Assembly: GCA_963932905.1 (NCBI GenBank)
Contig: CAWVRN010000020.1
Coordinates: 1-64,000, forward strand
From: an uncultured Bdellovibrio sp.
Lineage (GTDB): Bacteria > Bdellovibrionota > Bdellovibrionia > Bdellovibrionales > Bdellovibrionaceae
DNA: 64,000 bases
Direction: 5' to 3'
Shown here: one piece after another, positions 49,778 to 60,079 of the stretch
How the letters are laid out: every line of letters begins with the position of its first letter
Position numbering within the stretch: the stretch's first letter is position 1
Position numbers and translations under genes: made by a program
Notes under the pieces: model-generated
Told to the model about the DNA's origin: nothing
Seen by the model: only the letters and a program-made list of their open reading frames with translations
Database searches by the model: none

Positions 49778-50500
49778 GTGAAAGAATTTCTGATGCCCGA
49801 AGTAATGCGAGAAAATTTGGCTCGACGCCATGGTTTGCTGTTGGTGAATGGCAATCGTTTCTCTGGTATCGAGAAGTTTTTCCTAAGTGCAATTAAGCAA
49901 TTTGAATCTGAAAAGCGCACAGGCACGGTTTTTTTACGTGATACAGTTAAATCTCCATTTAAGCATTGGTCGTATAAAACAATAGATGATTTAGTTAGTT
50001 CAGGAACTATGCTGGTTAAGGATTCTGAGGTTTTGATTTTTGAGAATATCTCTAAATTATTTGAAGTAGAGGCGGCGCTTGAATGTGCCGAAGAAGGTCG
50101 TTTAGTTATCATGCATTTCTGTAATCAGTCACTCGTTAGTTCGCTACACAAGTTGCTTTCTTTTTTTCCAGATTCGCGGGCTCAGCACATGTTGTGGCGA
50201 ATGCTTGATTTGTTGTCACTAAGCTACTCACAATATGAAATTGACGGTGAAAATAATGAAACGGTTTATGCCGGTGAAATTGTTCCCCTAAGCCCCGAAA
50301 TCAAGAAAGAGATTTACGCTAAGGGTGTAGATTCGTTTGAAGAACGATTGAAAAATATCGACGATGAAAATGGCGTGGTTACGTTTAATCAAAGTTTATT
50401 GCAATTACTAATCAGAAGAAAAATATCACTTCAGAAGGCTTTTGAATTTTCAAAAGACCCACAGGATCTTGATTCTTTATTGAAGAAGGTAGGTATCTAA
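49778..50500 (+). CDS. Truncated, degenerate PilT-like protein
   Basis: Occupies the pilT slot between pilB and pilC; AEEGRLV and TFNQSLLQL..KIS resemble PilT; Walker A degenerate. Confidence 0.7.
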   Translation: MKEFLMPEVMRENLARRHGLLLVNGNRFSGIEKFFLSAIKQFESEKRTGTVFLRDTVKSPFKHWSYKTIDDLVSSGTMLVKDSEVLIFENISKLFEVEAALECAEEGRLVIMHFCNQSLVSSLHKLLSFFPDSRAQHMLWRMLDLLSLSYSQYEIDGENNETVYAGEIVPLSPEIKKEIYAKGVDSFEERLKNIDDENGVVTFNQSLLQLLIRRKISLQKAFEFSKDPQDLDSLLKKVGI

Positions 50501-51720
50501 TGGCAAAGTTTTCATATCAGGCAAAGAACTTGAATGGTCAAATGACCAACGGAGAGCTGGAAGCCTTTAATGAAACAGAAGTTCGTACTCGCCTAAGGCA
50601 AATGCATCTGGAAGTTGTTCGTGTGAACGCCAAAGGTCTTGGCGGCACTATGAAGGCTGCTGGAAGTGGATTATTTGTATCTAAAGTGAAAGTAAAAGAT
50701 TTGCAGATTTTCACCCGTCAGTTTGCAACGTTAATTAACTCAGGTATTCCGGTTGTGGATGCTCTTAAAATATTGAGTGAAGGTTTGCGTTCGGGAATTT
50801 TAAAAGACGCGGCTATGAAAGTTAAAAAGAGCATCGAGCAAGGTAAAAAATTATCAGACTCGATGGCCCAAGTTCCAAACGTTTTTGACCGATTTTATTC
50901 AAACATGGTTCATGCCGGTGAAGAAGCCGGTATTCTTGATGGTATCTTGAGTCGTTTGGCGACGTACATGGAAAAAAACGAAAAGGTAAAATCTCAAGTG
51001 AAGGGTGCCTTGGTATATCCAACGGTGATCGTCGTCGTTGCGATGTTTGTTATCGCGGCGATCTTGGTGTTTATTATTCCTAAGTTCCAAGAATTTTTCA
51101 ACTCTGCTGGTAAAGAACCACCTTTGTTAACTATGATGGTTGTGTCTTTATCTAATGCCATGATTAAAATGTGGTATGTTATTGTTGGCGGCGCTATAGC
51201 AGCTCCGTTTGTCATCAAGTCGTATTTGGCTACACCGGCAGGAAAAGCATCATTTGAACAGTTTTTGTTCCGAGCGCCTATTTTTGGTGAGCTAGTGAGA
51301 AAATCGGCCGTAGCACGTATGACTCGTACGTTAGGTACACTGCTAAGTTCGGGTGTTGGTCTAATTGAAGCGATCGAGATCGCATCGCGTACGGCCGGTA
51401 ACATTGTCGTTGAGCGTGCGTTGATTCGTTGTAAAGAATCGGTTCTGCAAGGTAAACCCTTTGCGACGCCACTTTCAAAAGATAAGGTATTCCCAGACAT
51501 GGTTGTGCAAATGATCGCGGTAGGGGAGCAGTCGGGTACGTTAGATAACATGTTAAACAAGATCGCCGACTTCTATGAAGATGAAGTGGAAACTGCGGTT
51601 AAGGCATTGACCTCGTTGATTGAACCATTACTGATGGTTGTGCTAGGTGGTATTATTGCCGTCCTAGTTATCGCGATGTACTTGCCAATTTTCTCGATGG
51701 CAGGAAATGCAGGCGGGTAG
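50500..51720 (+). CDS. pilC: Type IV pilus platform protein
   Basis: FTRQFATLINSG, AGEEAGILD, GEQSGTLD and AMYLPIF. Confidence 0.93.
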   Translation: MAKFSYQAKNLNGQMTNGELEAFNETEVRTRLRQMHLEVVRVNAKGLGGTMKAAGSGLFVSKVKVKDLQIFTRQFATLINSGIPVVDALKILSEGLRSGILKDAAMKVKKSIEQGKKLSDSMAQVPNVFDRFYSNMVHAGEEAGILDGILSRLATYMEKNEKVKSQVKGALVYPTVIVVVAMFVIAAILVFIIPKFQEFFNSAGKEPPLLTMMVVSLSNAMIKMWYVIVGGAIAAPFVIKSYLATPAGKASFEQFLFRAPIFGELVRKSAVARMTRTLGTLLSSGVGLIEAIEIASRTAGNIVVERALIRCKESVLQGKPFATPLSKDKVFPDMVVQMIAVGEQSGTLDNMLNKIADFYEDEVETAVKALTSLIEPLLMVVLGGIIAVLVIAMYLPIFSMAGNAGG

Positions 51721-53296
51721 TGTAGCAACCTCTCAGACTCTATCCAGAAAGTGGCAGGTCGAATCTGTTCGCGTACTGCTCTATATTTTTTCGTTAATAG
51801 TCTTAGTATTTTTCTATTTCTGGCAGGCTCCTTTTGTGTCGTGGGCATTGCTGGGGCCATCATTTTTAGTGTTGGGGCTAGGACTTATCACCCATTTCAT
51901 ACTTTTTTTCAAAATTGATTCTATGTCTGAGGAATCGACAGCGTTGCTGTCGACATTTATTCTGGATTCATTACTTATTTCACTGTACGTATATTTCTCT
52001 AGCGGCTCTGTTAGTTTGTTTTTGCTGCTTCATGTGATTAACATTATTTTAGGTAGTTTTTTGTTTAAGGGGAAAGGTGCGATAATATTAGCTTTGGTGA
52101 CCAGCTTCAACTACAGCTGGGTGCAAATCTTGGGGCCAGAATTTAAAACCATTGCAAGTCTTATTACTCTGACAATAAATAACTTGGCTTTTTTTGGTGT
52201 AGCCGGTTTGTCTGGTTATTTAAGTGAAAAGCTTTTTCAAACTGAAACGGCGCTCAAAACGAAAGAAGGACAGCTTCGATCGTTAGAGGATTTGTACGAA
52301 CTAATCATTGAAAAATCACCTGTTGCCTTGCTAACGCTGGACAAAGCCTCCCAGATTGTTCAAATGAATACAAAAGCCATAATGTTGTTTCCATTAATCA
52401 AAGAGAACGGACGATTGACTGAATTTTTTCCGCCACTTAATAGTCTTTGGGGGCAAATTGTTGCTCTTGATACGCAAGAGGAGTTATCCCGTGAAGTTGA
52501 TTTTAAGAACGATACAGAGGATTCAATTTTTAAAATCGTCGCTAAACCAATTTCAAAAACCGAAGGATTGTTCCTGCTCGTAATTGAAGACCTAAGCCAA
52601 ATACGAAAAATGGAGTTTCACTTGAAACAAAGTGAAAAATTGGCGGCGATCGGTGGTCTGGCTGCCGGTGTGGCACACGAAATTCGTAATCCATTAGCCG
52701 GTATTAGCGGCAGCGTTGAATTGCTAAGTCAAACTACACAAGGCGATGACGATCGCAAATTAATGAAAATTATTTTAAAAGAGATCGATAGACTAAATAA
52801 TCTAATTACGGAATTCCTGGAGTATGCCAAGCCAGCGAAAAATCCTACAGACCCGTGTGATTTGAATTTAATTTTGCGCGATGTTTTAGCGAATGTGGAA
52901 CAAAATGCGCAGCTTCGAAAAGATGTTAAAATGACTATCGATATTGAGCCCAATGCCATGATCAAGGGCTACAGTGACAAGCTAAAGCAGGCGTTTCTAA
53001 ATATTATTATCAATGCTTTGCAAGCGATGGATAAAGTGCCTATTGCCGCACTCGACGTCACTTTGAAAAAAGTAAATAAGCATTGGTGTTTACGTATCAA
53101 AGATACGGGATCTGGAATGAGTGAACAAACGTTGAAACGAATTTTCGAACCGTTTTTCACGACTAAGAGCAAGGGTACGGGTCTAGGTCTAGCAGTAACG
53201 CATAAAATTTTAGAATCACATCAAGCCATCATTCATGTTCGCAGTCAGGTAGGCCAAGGCACAGAGTTTGAGTTTAATTTTCCTTGCTTAGAATAA
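51707..53296 (+). CDS. pilS: PilS-like sensor histidine kinase
   Basis: About 6 TM segments, PAS-like region, AHEIRNPL and HATPase; follows pilC. Confidence 0.8.
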   Translation: MQAGSVATSQTLSRKWQVESVRVLLYIFSLIVLVFFYFWQAPFVSWALLGPSFLVLGLGLITHFILFFKIDSMSEESTALLSTFILDSLLISLYVYFSSGSVSLFLLLHVINIILGSFLFKGKGAIILALVTSFNYSWVQILGPEFKTIASLITLTINNLAFFGVAGLSGYLSEKLFQTETALKTKEGQLRSLEDLYELIIEKSPVALLTLDKASQIVQMNTKAIMLFPLIKENGRLTEFFPPLNSLWGQIVALDTQEELSREVDFKNDTEDSIFKIVAKPISKTEGLFLLVIEDLSQIRKMEFHLKQSEKLAAIGGLAAGVAHEIRNPLAGISGSVELLSQTTQGDDDRKLMKIILKEIDRLNNLITEFLEYAKPAKNPTDPCDLNLILRDVLANVEQNAQLRKDVKMTIDIEPNAMIKGYSDKLKQAFLNIIINALQAMDKVPIAALDVTLKKVNKHWCLRIKDTGSGMSEQTLKRIFEPFFTTKSKGTGLGLAVTHKILESHQAIIHVRSQVGQGTEFEFNFPCLE

Positions 53297-53334
53297 ATTT
53301 CCTAGGGACAATATTTCTATAGGGGATTGACCAA

Positions 53335-54741
53335 ATGAAAGCAAAAATTTTAGTTGTTGATGACGAAGAATCGATAAGAGAATTCCTCGAAATCATGCTT
53401 CGGAAAGAAGGCTATGAAATTACATTAGCCGAAGACGGTCAAAAAGCGAAAGAACTGTTGCAGAAGAAATCATTCGACATGATTATTTCTGACTTACAGA
53501 TGCCAAATATGACTGGTATTGAATTACTGAAATACGTAAGACAAGATTTTCCAGAAATTATTTTCATGATGATCACGGCGTTCGGTACAACTGAAACGGC
53601 TGTTGAAGCGATGAAAATGGGCGCTTATGATTATTTAACTAAGCCATTTAAAATTGATGAAGTTCGAATCAATATTTCAAATGCATTAAGATCAAAAAAC
53701 TTAGAATTTGAAAATAGAAGCCTAAAAAAAGAACTAGGTAAAGAATTTTCGTTTCAAAACATCATTGGTAATTCACCAGCGATGCATCATGTGTTTGATT
53801 TAATTAAACGCGTTTCTCAAGCACCAACAAATATCTTGGTAACAGGTGAATCTGGAACAGGTAAAGAGGTTATTGCCAAAGCGATTCACTACAATGGTCC
53901 TTTGAAAGATCGTCCGTTCGTAACAATCAACTGCGGTGCGATTCCTGAGAACCTAATGGAATCAGAAATGTTTGGTCATAAGAAAGGATCGTTCACAGGA
54001 GCAATTGCGGACAAGTTAGGTTTGTTCGAGGTGGCTGACGGCGGAACATTGTTTCTGGACGAGGTTGGCGAGTTGCCGTTATCGATCCAAGTCAAACTAC
54101 TGCGTTCTTTACAAGAGCGTGTTATTCGTCGTGTGGGTGCTACGGAAGACATCAAAGTAGATGTTCGTATCATCGCGGCTACAAATCGGCATTTGGAAGA
54201 AATGGTTCAAAAGGGAACATTCCGTCAAGATTTGTATTATCGTCTGAATGTTATTCATATCAAAACTCCAAGTTTACGTGAGCGTAAAGAAGATATTCCA
54301 ATTCTTGCGCATCACTTTTTGAAAAAATATAACGACAAATTAAATAAGAATATTTCATCAATCAGTACTGAGGCGATGGAAAATCTGAAAAAATATGACT
54401 ATCCTGGTAACGTACGCGAGCTTGAAAATATGATCGAGCGTACTGTAGCATTAGAGGGTGGAGCGACTGTATTACCAGAGAGCTTGCCACCATTGGTTAA
54501 TACGAGCTCGGGTCGTAAGTTGGCCTCTTCAAATGAAATCGAAGTGACAGACGACGGTGTTGATTTAGATAAAATCATTGGTCAGATCGAAAAAGAACTG
54601 ATCATTAAAGCCATCCATCAGGCCAACGGTATTAAAAAACGTGCCGCTAAGTTATTAAATATCACATTCCGTTCGATGCGTTACCGTATTGAAAAATACA
54701 ATCTGGGTACCGTTGGAGATGATGAGTTAGACGAAGAGTAA
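53335..54741 (+). CDS. pilR: PilR-like sigma54 response regulator
   Basis: REC domain, GESGTGKE, GSFTGA, C-terminal ITFRSMRYR. Confidence 0.85.
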   Translation: MKAKILVVDDEESIREFLEIMLRKEGYEITLAEDGQKAKELLQKKSFDMIISDLQMPNMTGIELLKYVRQDFPEIIFMMITAFGTTETAVEAMKMGAYDYLTKPFKIDEVRINISNALRSKNLEFENRSLKKELGKEFSFQNIIGNSPAMHHVFDLIKRVSQAPTNILVTGESGTGKEVIAKAIHYNGPLKDRPFVTINCGAIPENLMESEMFGHKKGSFTGAIADKLGLFEVADGGTLFLDEVGELPLSIQVKLLRSLQERVIRRVGATEDIKVDVRIIAATNRHLEEMVQKGTFRQDLYYRLNVIHIKTPSLRERKEDIPILAHHFLKKYNDKLNKNISSISTEAMENLKKYDYPGNVRELENMIERTVALEGGATVLPESLPPLVNTSSGRKLASSNEIEVTDDGVDLDKIIGQIEKELIIKAIHQANGIKKRAAKLLNITFRSMRYRIEKYNLGTVGDDELDEE

Positions 54742-54767
54742 AATAGCTAATGAAATAGGTTCAAATG

Positions 54768-54801
54768 AAAAAGGTCAAACTAAGTAGTTTGACCTTTTTT
54801 T
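54768..54801. terminator. Bidirectional intrinsic terminator
   Basis: AAAAAGGTCAAACTA-AG-TAGTTTGACCTTTTTTT between convergent genes. Confidence 0.85.
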
Positions 54802-54823
54802 GTACCTCGAAAAAGCGCGAGAT

Positions 54824-56047
54824 TTAGAACGTCTTTAGGTCAATAGCTGGGCTAATGGCGCGTCCTAAATCTTCAGATATGGCTACGACTTGGAAGCGAT
54901 AGTTTGTGTTGTTCTTAAGCCCCGATATTAGAATTTGATGGGTCGTTCTTAACACGTTGTCGGATTGGGTGACTGTTTTTTCACCCGTATCCAAATTTGT
55001 AACCATCATCATAGATACCGCTTTGATGTCGGTTCGCCAAGAGAACGAAACTTCGTTAGACAGCTGTTCAACCACTTGGAAATTTGAAATCACTGGCACT
55101 GTACCAGTGTAGCAAGGATTGTAATCCACATCTCCACCTTCTGACGTAGAATTACCTGTTTCTGGCAATAAATAGTTTTGCGTCGATAAAACTCTCCAGC
55201 CGCGGGCCGCTAGATCGAGCCACTTAAGTGGAGCCGAGTTATGTTTTGGATCAAAAAACAATTCGTTGCCAGACTGATTGCAAAGTGAATCTTTACCAGC
55301 TTGTGTAGCTTTACGCCAAATTAACATATTCGAAATATGGTAGCGAGGGCCTTGGTAATACAACAATTCCATTTGAATTTTTTTATCTCTCGTCATGTTA
55401 ACTAGTCGTGACGAACACTTCATTCGAGTTGGCGTGTCGCCGTCATTATTAATATGTGTTTCCCAGCCGTTAGAATTCGCAGTCGTAATCACGTTGTCCG
55501 GGTCCTTGATTTTTAGTATGGTGCCATCATCCGACAGCATCGCTAATTCGTATAAGCCTTCGCTATCATCTGGGCCCAAAATAATTTGCGATTCAAACTT
55601 CATCGCAAAGTATTCTATTAATTGAGTGCCTAGATCATCACGAACTACGTCACCAGACTCTAATGGGAAACCATCATAAAACATGCGAGTCGGAACGTTG
55701 ACTGAATTAAAGAACAGAGTCTGATCGGAATGTGTATAATTATTGATATAGCTCATTACTGATTGGTAGATAGGCTGGTTGAACCCTCTAAACCATAGTG
55801 ACGATTTGATACCATGCTTTGCCGATGGCACTGGATCTGGATCGAAGGGGTCGCACACCAATTTATTTAAAGGATATGCATTCGTATCGTAGACCGATTT
55901 TACAACGGTCTCTGTTTGTGCCGTAGTTATAATCTCGCCTTTAATAGATTCTGCGGAAGAAGATCCTTTAGAACATGAGATATTTAATCCCAGCATCATA
56001 CCTAAACTTATTGATGTAGCTAATGTCTTGAAATTATACGTGCGCAT
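54824..56047 (-). CDS. PA14-domain lipoprotein with C-terminal FN3-like domain
   Basis: Lipobox NISC; YELAMLSDDG PA14 motif; SWRTD..H...ISGL..NTNYRFQV. Confidence 0.75.
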   Translation of the reverse strand: MRTYNFKTLATSISLGMMLGLNISCSKGSSSAESIKGEIITTAQTETVVKSVYDTNAYPLNKLVCDPFDPDPVPSAKHGIKSSLWFRGFNQPIYQSVMSYINNYTHSDQTLFFNSVNVPTRMFYDGFPLESGDVVRDDLGTQLIEYFAMKFESQIILGPDDSEGLYELAMLSDDGTILKIKDPDNVITTANSNGWETHINNDGDTPTRMKCSSRLVNMTRDKKIQMELLYYQGPRYHISNMLIWRKATQAGKDSLCNQSGNELFFDPKHNSAPLKWLDLAARGWRVLSTQNYLLPETGNSTSEGGDVDYNPCYTGTVPVISNFQVVEQLSNEVSFSWRTDIKAVSMMMVTNLDTGEKTVTQSDNVLRTTHQILISGLKNNTNYRFQVVAISEDLGRAISPAIDLKTF

Positions 56048-56282
56048 GATTCACCACCCAGACCTCATCGTAACCTAGCCGTTTGGCGAGTTCGAGAAAA
56101 ATGGTGTGGCTGTAGTTATTTGGAACTCTAAATAGTCGACAGTAAACAATAAAATAGAAAAATCGAATAAAGAATAGTCATAAAATTAAACTTTCTGTTT
56201 CGATTTAAATCGAGCCTCAGTTCTATGGCTAGCGATGTACCAATACAAGATTTTGAATACATCGCCCGGTTAGCTGTTAAAA

Positions 56283-56648
56283 CTAATGTTTCTGCTGAGA
56301 GGCTAGGACGTTATTTTCAACGATGTGAAAATAAGCACGAACAAGTAGGACAAGTGAAGTTTTATCCAATGACTGAAGGTAGGCTAATTTTTCGAAGTAT
56401 GTTTTTCGAGAGATTAGTTCTGTCATAGAGTCTTGAATGACTTTCACTTTATCGAAGTCATAGAAATCTTTCTCGTCGGTGACTTCTTTGTAAGCAGCAG
56501 CGATAGTTGCCTTATCAAAGAGCACATGAATGCCCATAGCCGCTTGGCTTAAAATGGCTTCCATTTTTTCCAATGCTTGTTCTTGAAACATGTTTTTATC
56601 AAAGGGAGCTGACGGGTTATTTGATTCCGTAGACAATAGCGCCTCCAT
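56283..56648 (-). CDS. Hypothetical protein
   Basis: 121-aa globular-looking ORF. Confidence 0.7.
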   Translation of the reverse strand: MEALLSTESNNPSAPFDKNMFQEQALEKMEAILSQAAMGIHVLFDKATIAAAYKEVTDEKDFYDFDKVKVIQDSMTELISRKTYFEKLAYLQSLDKTSLVLLVRAYFHIVENNVLASQQKH

Positions 56649-56832
56649 CCATAGGTTTGCGTTTTTATCAGAGCGTTATTAATTGAACACGTTCGTTTGT
56701 TCTTAACTTAATGCTGATGTGTGTTTTGACTTATTTCAATCGAAAACTGCTCGAGTTGACTTACGCTGTCATTCTTGTCCCGCGGACTGCAAGGTTATTG
56801 ATAGACGCTATGAAAACAGTAATGATGAACAG

Positions 56833-57678
56833 ATGAAGAAGTCCAAAAACAGAGGCAAGAAAAAGATTCAGGAGTTATTTGTGATCGACGAAGACAAGAA
56901 CTTAGTTTTTGATTCTGAAGAAAAGGTTTTTACTTTTTTTGAAGAGCCGATTCAGCGCATCGAAGAGTTATATCAAACGATCCGTCGTCCTGATGATTTC
57001 ACGGATGAAGAACAAGTCGAAGAAGAAGAGAGTCTTGACCTGACACTCAGTGATCCAGATGAAATCTGGTTGATGGAAACGTTCTTCAAAAAAGCTCCGA
57101 TTCATGTTTTTGTTAAAACGATCACAAAAAACACAATGAGTTACGATTACGTTGCGATCGTGTTCCTTTCGACGAAGGAACGTAATCCTACCTTCGTGTT
57201 ATCTCATTTTCCGACAAAATTTAAAGAAACAGCCGAAGCTTTCAAAGATGGCGAAATGATTTTCAGTCACGACATGGAAATTAAACACTTTGCTGGACTA
57301 GAAGGCGATTCCATTCTAGAAAACGACGAACTATCGATCGGTTTATTTAAATCGATGCTAAAATTACGTACTGAAAAAGATATTCCTTTGGAAAAATTCA
57401 AAAATTTTCTTGAAACCCGAGAAGATACCATTGAATCCCCAGACGAAATCTGGCGAAAAAATGACCATGATGGAAACGTTTTCGTGACATTCATCAAAGA
57501 ATACACGGAAACAGAATACGACGATTATTACTACATCAGCGTCACGTTAGAAGAGAATAATTCAGACGTACATACGCTGTTGTTTTCATTCCCGACGAAT
57601 GATGAAAACCTGGTAGATCGCTATCGCTTAGGGGAGAACCTGCAAGCAGAAGAAGTCAGTCAAGAGTCATCCCACTAA
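56833..57678 (+). CDS. Acidic protein with tandem PBECR2-like domains
   Basis: Internal repeat TLSDPDEIW...FPT and TIESPDEIW...FPT. Confidence 0.6.
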   Translation: MKKSKNRGKKKIQELFVIDEDKNLVFDSEEKVFTFFEEPIQRIEELYQTIRRPDDFTDEEQVEEEESLDLTLSDPDEIWLMETFFKKAPIHVFVKTITKNTMSYDYVAIVFLSTKERNPTFVLSHFPTKFKETAEAFKDGEMIFSHDMEIKHFAGLEGDSILENDELSIGLFKSMLKLRTEKDIPLEKFKNFLETREDTIESPDEIWRKNDHDGNVFVTFIKEYTETEYDDYYYISVTLEENNSDVHTLLFSFPTNDENLVDRYRLGENLQAEEVSQESSH

Positions 57679-57709
57679 ACTGGAAATAAAACCCCCGTTC
57701 AAAAAAATA

Positions 57710-57735
57710 AAACCCCCGGAGTACGCCGGGGGTTT
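57710..57735. terminator. Intrinsic terminator between convergent genes
   Basis: AAACCCCCGG-AGTACG-CCGGGGGTTT. Confidence 0.8.
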
Positions 57736-57764
57736 CCTATAAAAAATTTCTTTAAGTTAAATGA

Positions 57765-58535
57765 TTACTGAGCCGTATAAATCGTCGAGCAAAATTCGCC
57801 AGCTTTCGTTTGAAAGATCTGAGCAGACCATTGTCCCGCGTATGCTTTGAAAGGGTGTAACACTTGCAGTGTAGAGTGGCGTGTCGTGCCATCTTTATCC
57901 GTAGCGTAGCGAGCTGGATCAGCGTCAAATGCTGGGATTAAACTGTCTAACTGACTGACTGTTGAGTTATCTGACGAGTTGTAGTAGATCGCTGAGATTG
58001 CATCATAGTCTGCATTGGGATCAACCAATTGAATTACGATGCGTGTCTTTTTAAAGAACTGATCTGGAGTTGAAACACCTAATTTTGAGGCCGCCGAAGT
58101 TAAATCTCTCCAATATAAAGACGTTTTACCAGAAGCCAGTAACTTGCCATCAGCAATCGAGTAAAGGTTCATTGAAAGGCGACTTTCACCCCACATTTTA
58201 TTACCCGAAGAGTTTACCATATATTTATGGAACTCAATGTAGTTGGCGTTAGATGAAAATGCGGAAGGAATCTTAGTGATTTTTAAATTAATGCGGTTTG
58301 GATCGATGGATTCGCCATCTTGATATGTCGATGTATTGTAAGAAAGTGTCGAGCTAGTTGCCTGATTGCAATAGGCTAGAGGGCGAGTCGATGTATCTAT
58401 GCTTGCTACATCTGTTGTTAGCAATCGGCTTGAAGTTGAGTAGTCTGCTGTACCTTTGCTAGCTCCACATGCTGACAACATTGCTGTTGTGATTAGTAGT
58501 AAAGTTAGTTTTAGATAAAAGCTTTGTGTTCTCAT
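57765..58535 (-). CDS. Hypothetical lipoprotein
   Basis: Lipobox LSAC; GAGG RBS. Confidence 0.8.
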   Translation of the reverse strand: MRTQSFYLKLTLLLITTAMLSACGASKGTADYSTSSRLLTTDVASIDTSTRPLAYCNQATSSTLSYNTSTYQDGESIDPNRINLKITKIPSAFSSNANYIEFHKYMVNSSGNKMWGESRLSMNLYSIADGKLLASGKTSLYWRDLTSAASKLGVSTPDQFFKKTRIVIQLVDPNADYDAISAIYYNSSDNSTVSQLDSLIPAFDADPARYATDKDGTTRHSTLQVLHPFKAYAGQWSAQIFQTKAGEFCSTIYTAQ

Positions 58536-58559
58536 AAATACCTCTTGCTAGATACTAAG

Positions 58560-58575
58560 AGCAATCAGTTTGCCA
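58560..58575 (-). promoter_or_regulatory. sigma54 promoter TGGCAA-N5-TTGCT
   Basis: Near-consensus -24/-12 site 25 nt upstream of the lipoprotein ATG. Confidence 0.65.
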
Positions 58576-58795
58576 TGTGTCCGAATGAGGCAGTGGTAAG
58601 TGCGCGAATTTTTGACGGAAAAGTTGTCTCAGCTTGGGAATAAAATTTTTCTAATTTTGAGGCGTTATACAACACTGAGAGTGACAGTAAAAGTCAGTCA
58701 CTCTTTGGTGTTGCCATGATGATTTGTTTTAGAACGAGACTTTTGATTTACAGAGCCTTTGCTTGGGTAATCAATCCATACATTCTGTGCGACTG

Positions 58796-60079
58796 CTATT
58801 TTTCGTTCCAATAAACAATACGGGGAGGGCCTTTAGGGATGGGTTGTGACGTTGCGGTCTGAGTTCCTGCCGCCGGCGTTGTTCCAGCCGCTGGGGGTGT
58901 CGCTCCGGGTGTTCCCGCCGGTGGGGATGTCGTTAAACCAGCAGGTTGGTTTTTTTCGTCGACCTTTTTTTGGATTTCATTAACGTGTTCAGCTACTTTG
59001 TTAACATCAAGTGTGATGATATCAATTTCACGTTTAGATCCGCCGTATTCTCCAATTGAATTAATACGAAAACTGCTAAAGCTATCGGTGTTAATTGGGA
59101 ACTCCTCTCTATTGATTGAAACTCGGGCCCCTTTTTGTTCTAGGAATTCCCAAAACCCTGCGGCGTCTTTGAACGGTCCTAGTTGTGGATCTTGGCGACG
59201 TTTAACTACTTCATCTGCAATTTCTTTTGTGATAGTTGGATCGATGGATTGTAAAACTTCGGAAGTCGCGGAATTGGGATTTAATCCTTTAACACCGTAA
59301 ATAGTAATTTGTGGCTCCAGAATTTGATAGAACTCATCTGACATCCCTGTCACTAACCGAAGCTCCTGAATGGTGCGAAAATTTCGGTTAGGGGGGAACG
59401 CATCGGTGCCACGATCTTTGTAACCTGATTTTTTATCTCCGCCGTTTAAGCTTTCGTTTTTAGTGCTCATCCAATCGGCGATATTGTTAACTAAAGTGTC
59501 AAAACGATAGCCGCTATAGTTTTTAGAAAACTCTTCGTCGTTTTTAACTTTGTTTTCAAACAGGGCCAGCAACTGTTTCTTTGTGATCTCGCGCAGAGTT
59601 TCAGATGGCGAAGCTAAATTTGTGACATCTATTTTTGAGCCTTCGTCTGTAATTTTGGTGGCGAAGGCGGCATCCAGTAACGACTCTTTTGTTTTGTCTT
59701 TCACAATGTCTTTGTCTACCGCATTTAATCCTTCGGGCAATTCTAGCGGCCAGATCAAAGGAAACTGCCAAATTTGATCTAGCATCCCATTCTGAGGTAA
59801 ACTTTTTCCTAATTTTTGCTGAACCGTTTGGAAAATTTTAATACGCAATAATGACAAATCAATTCCGCTGCGAGTGGCATAGTAAGCTTTCACACGATTG
59901 ATTTGTTGAGCATTAATTAAATATTCAACTTGAGTGTCATAGGTGACTTCCATTGCAAGATAGGTCATCAGCGACAACGCCGCGATCGCCGTGATCAAAG
60001 CGATGCCGCGATTATTGTTGGTTTTCGAAATGAATTCTTTTGTCGTGCGATTAAATATTTTTACGCCAAATAACTTCAT
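58796..60079 (-). CDS. gspK: T2SS minor pseudopilin K
   Basis: RGIALITAI leader, DEGSKID, IADW, ELRLVTGM and HhH-like region. Confidence 0.9.
   Translation of the reverse strand: MKLFGVKIFNRTTKEFISKTNNNRGIALITAIAALSLMTYLAMEVTYDTQVEYLINAQQINRVKAYYATRSGIDLSLLRIKIFQTVQQKLGKSLPQNGMLDQIWQFPLIWPLELPEGLNAVDKDIVKDKTKESLLDAAFATKITDEGSKIDVTNLASPSETLREITKKQLLALFENKVKNDEEFSKNYSGYRFDTLVNNIADWMSTKNESLNGGDKKSGYKDRGTDAFPPNRNFRTIQELRLVTGMSDEFYQILEPQITIYGVKGLNPNSATSEVLQSIDPTITKEIADEVVKRRQDPQLGPFKDAAGFWEFLEQKGARVSINREEFPINTDSFSSFRINSIGEYGGSKREIDIITLDVNKVAEHVNEIQKKVDEKNQPAGLTTSPPAGTPGATPPAAGTTPAAGTQTATSQPIPKGPPRIVYWNEK

Noticed and set aside
50994..51560. 188-aa antisense ORF over pilC, and the many other 60-150 aa shadow ORFs
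   Set aside because: They overlap well-supported genes and have no motifs or RBS
57684..57718. 14-nt direct repeat AAATAAAACCCCCG
   Set aside because: A local duplication of a terminator arm with no evidence of function
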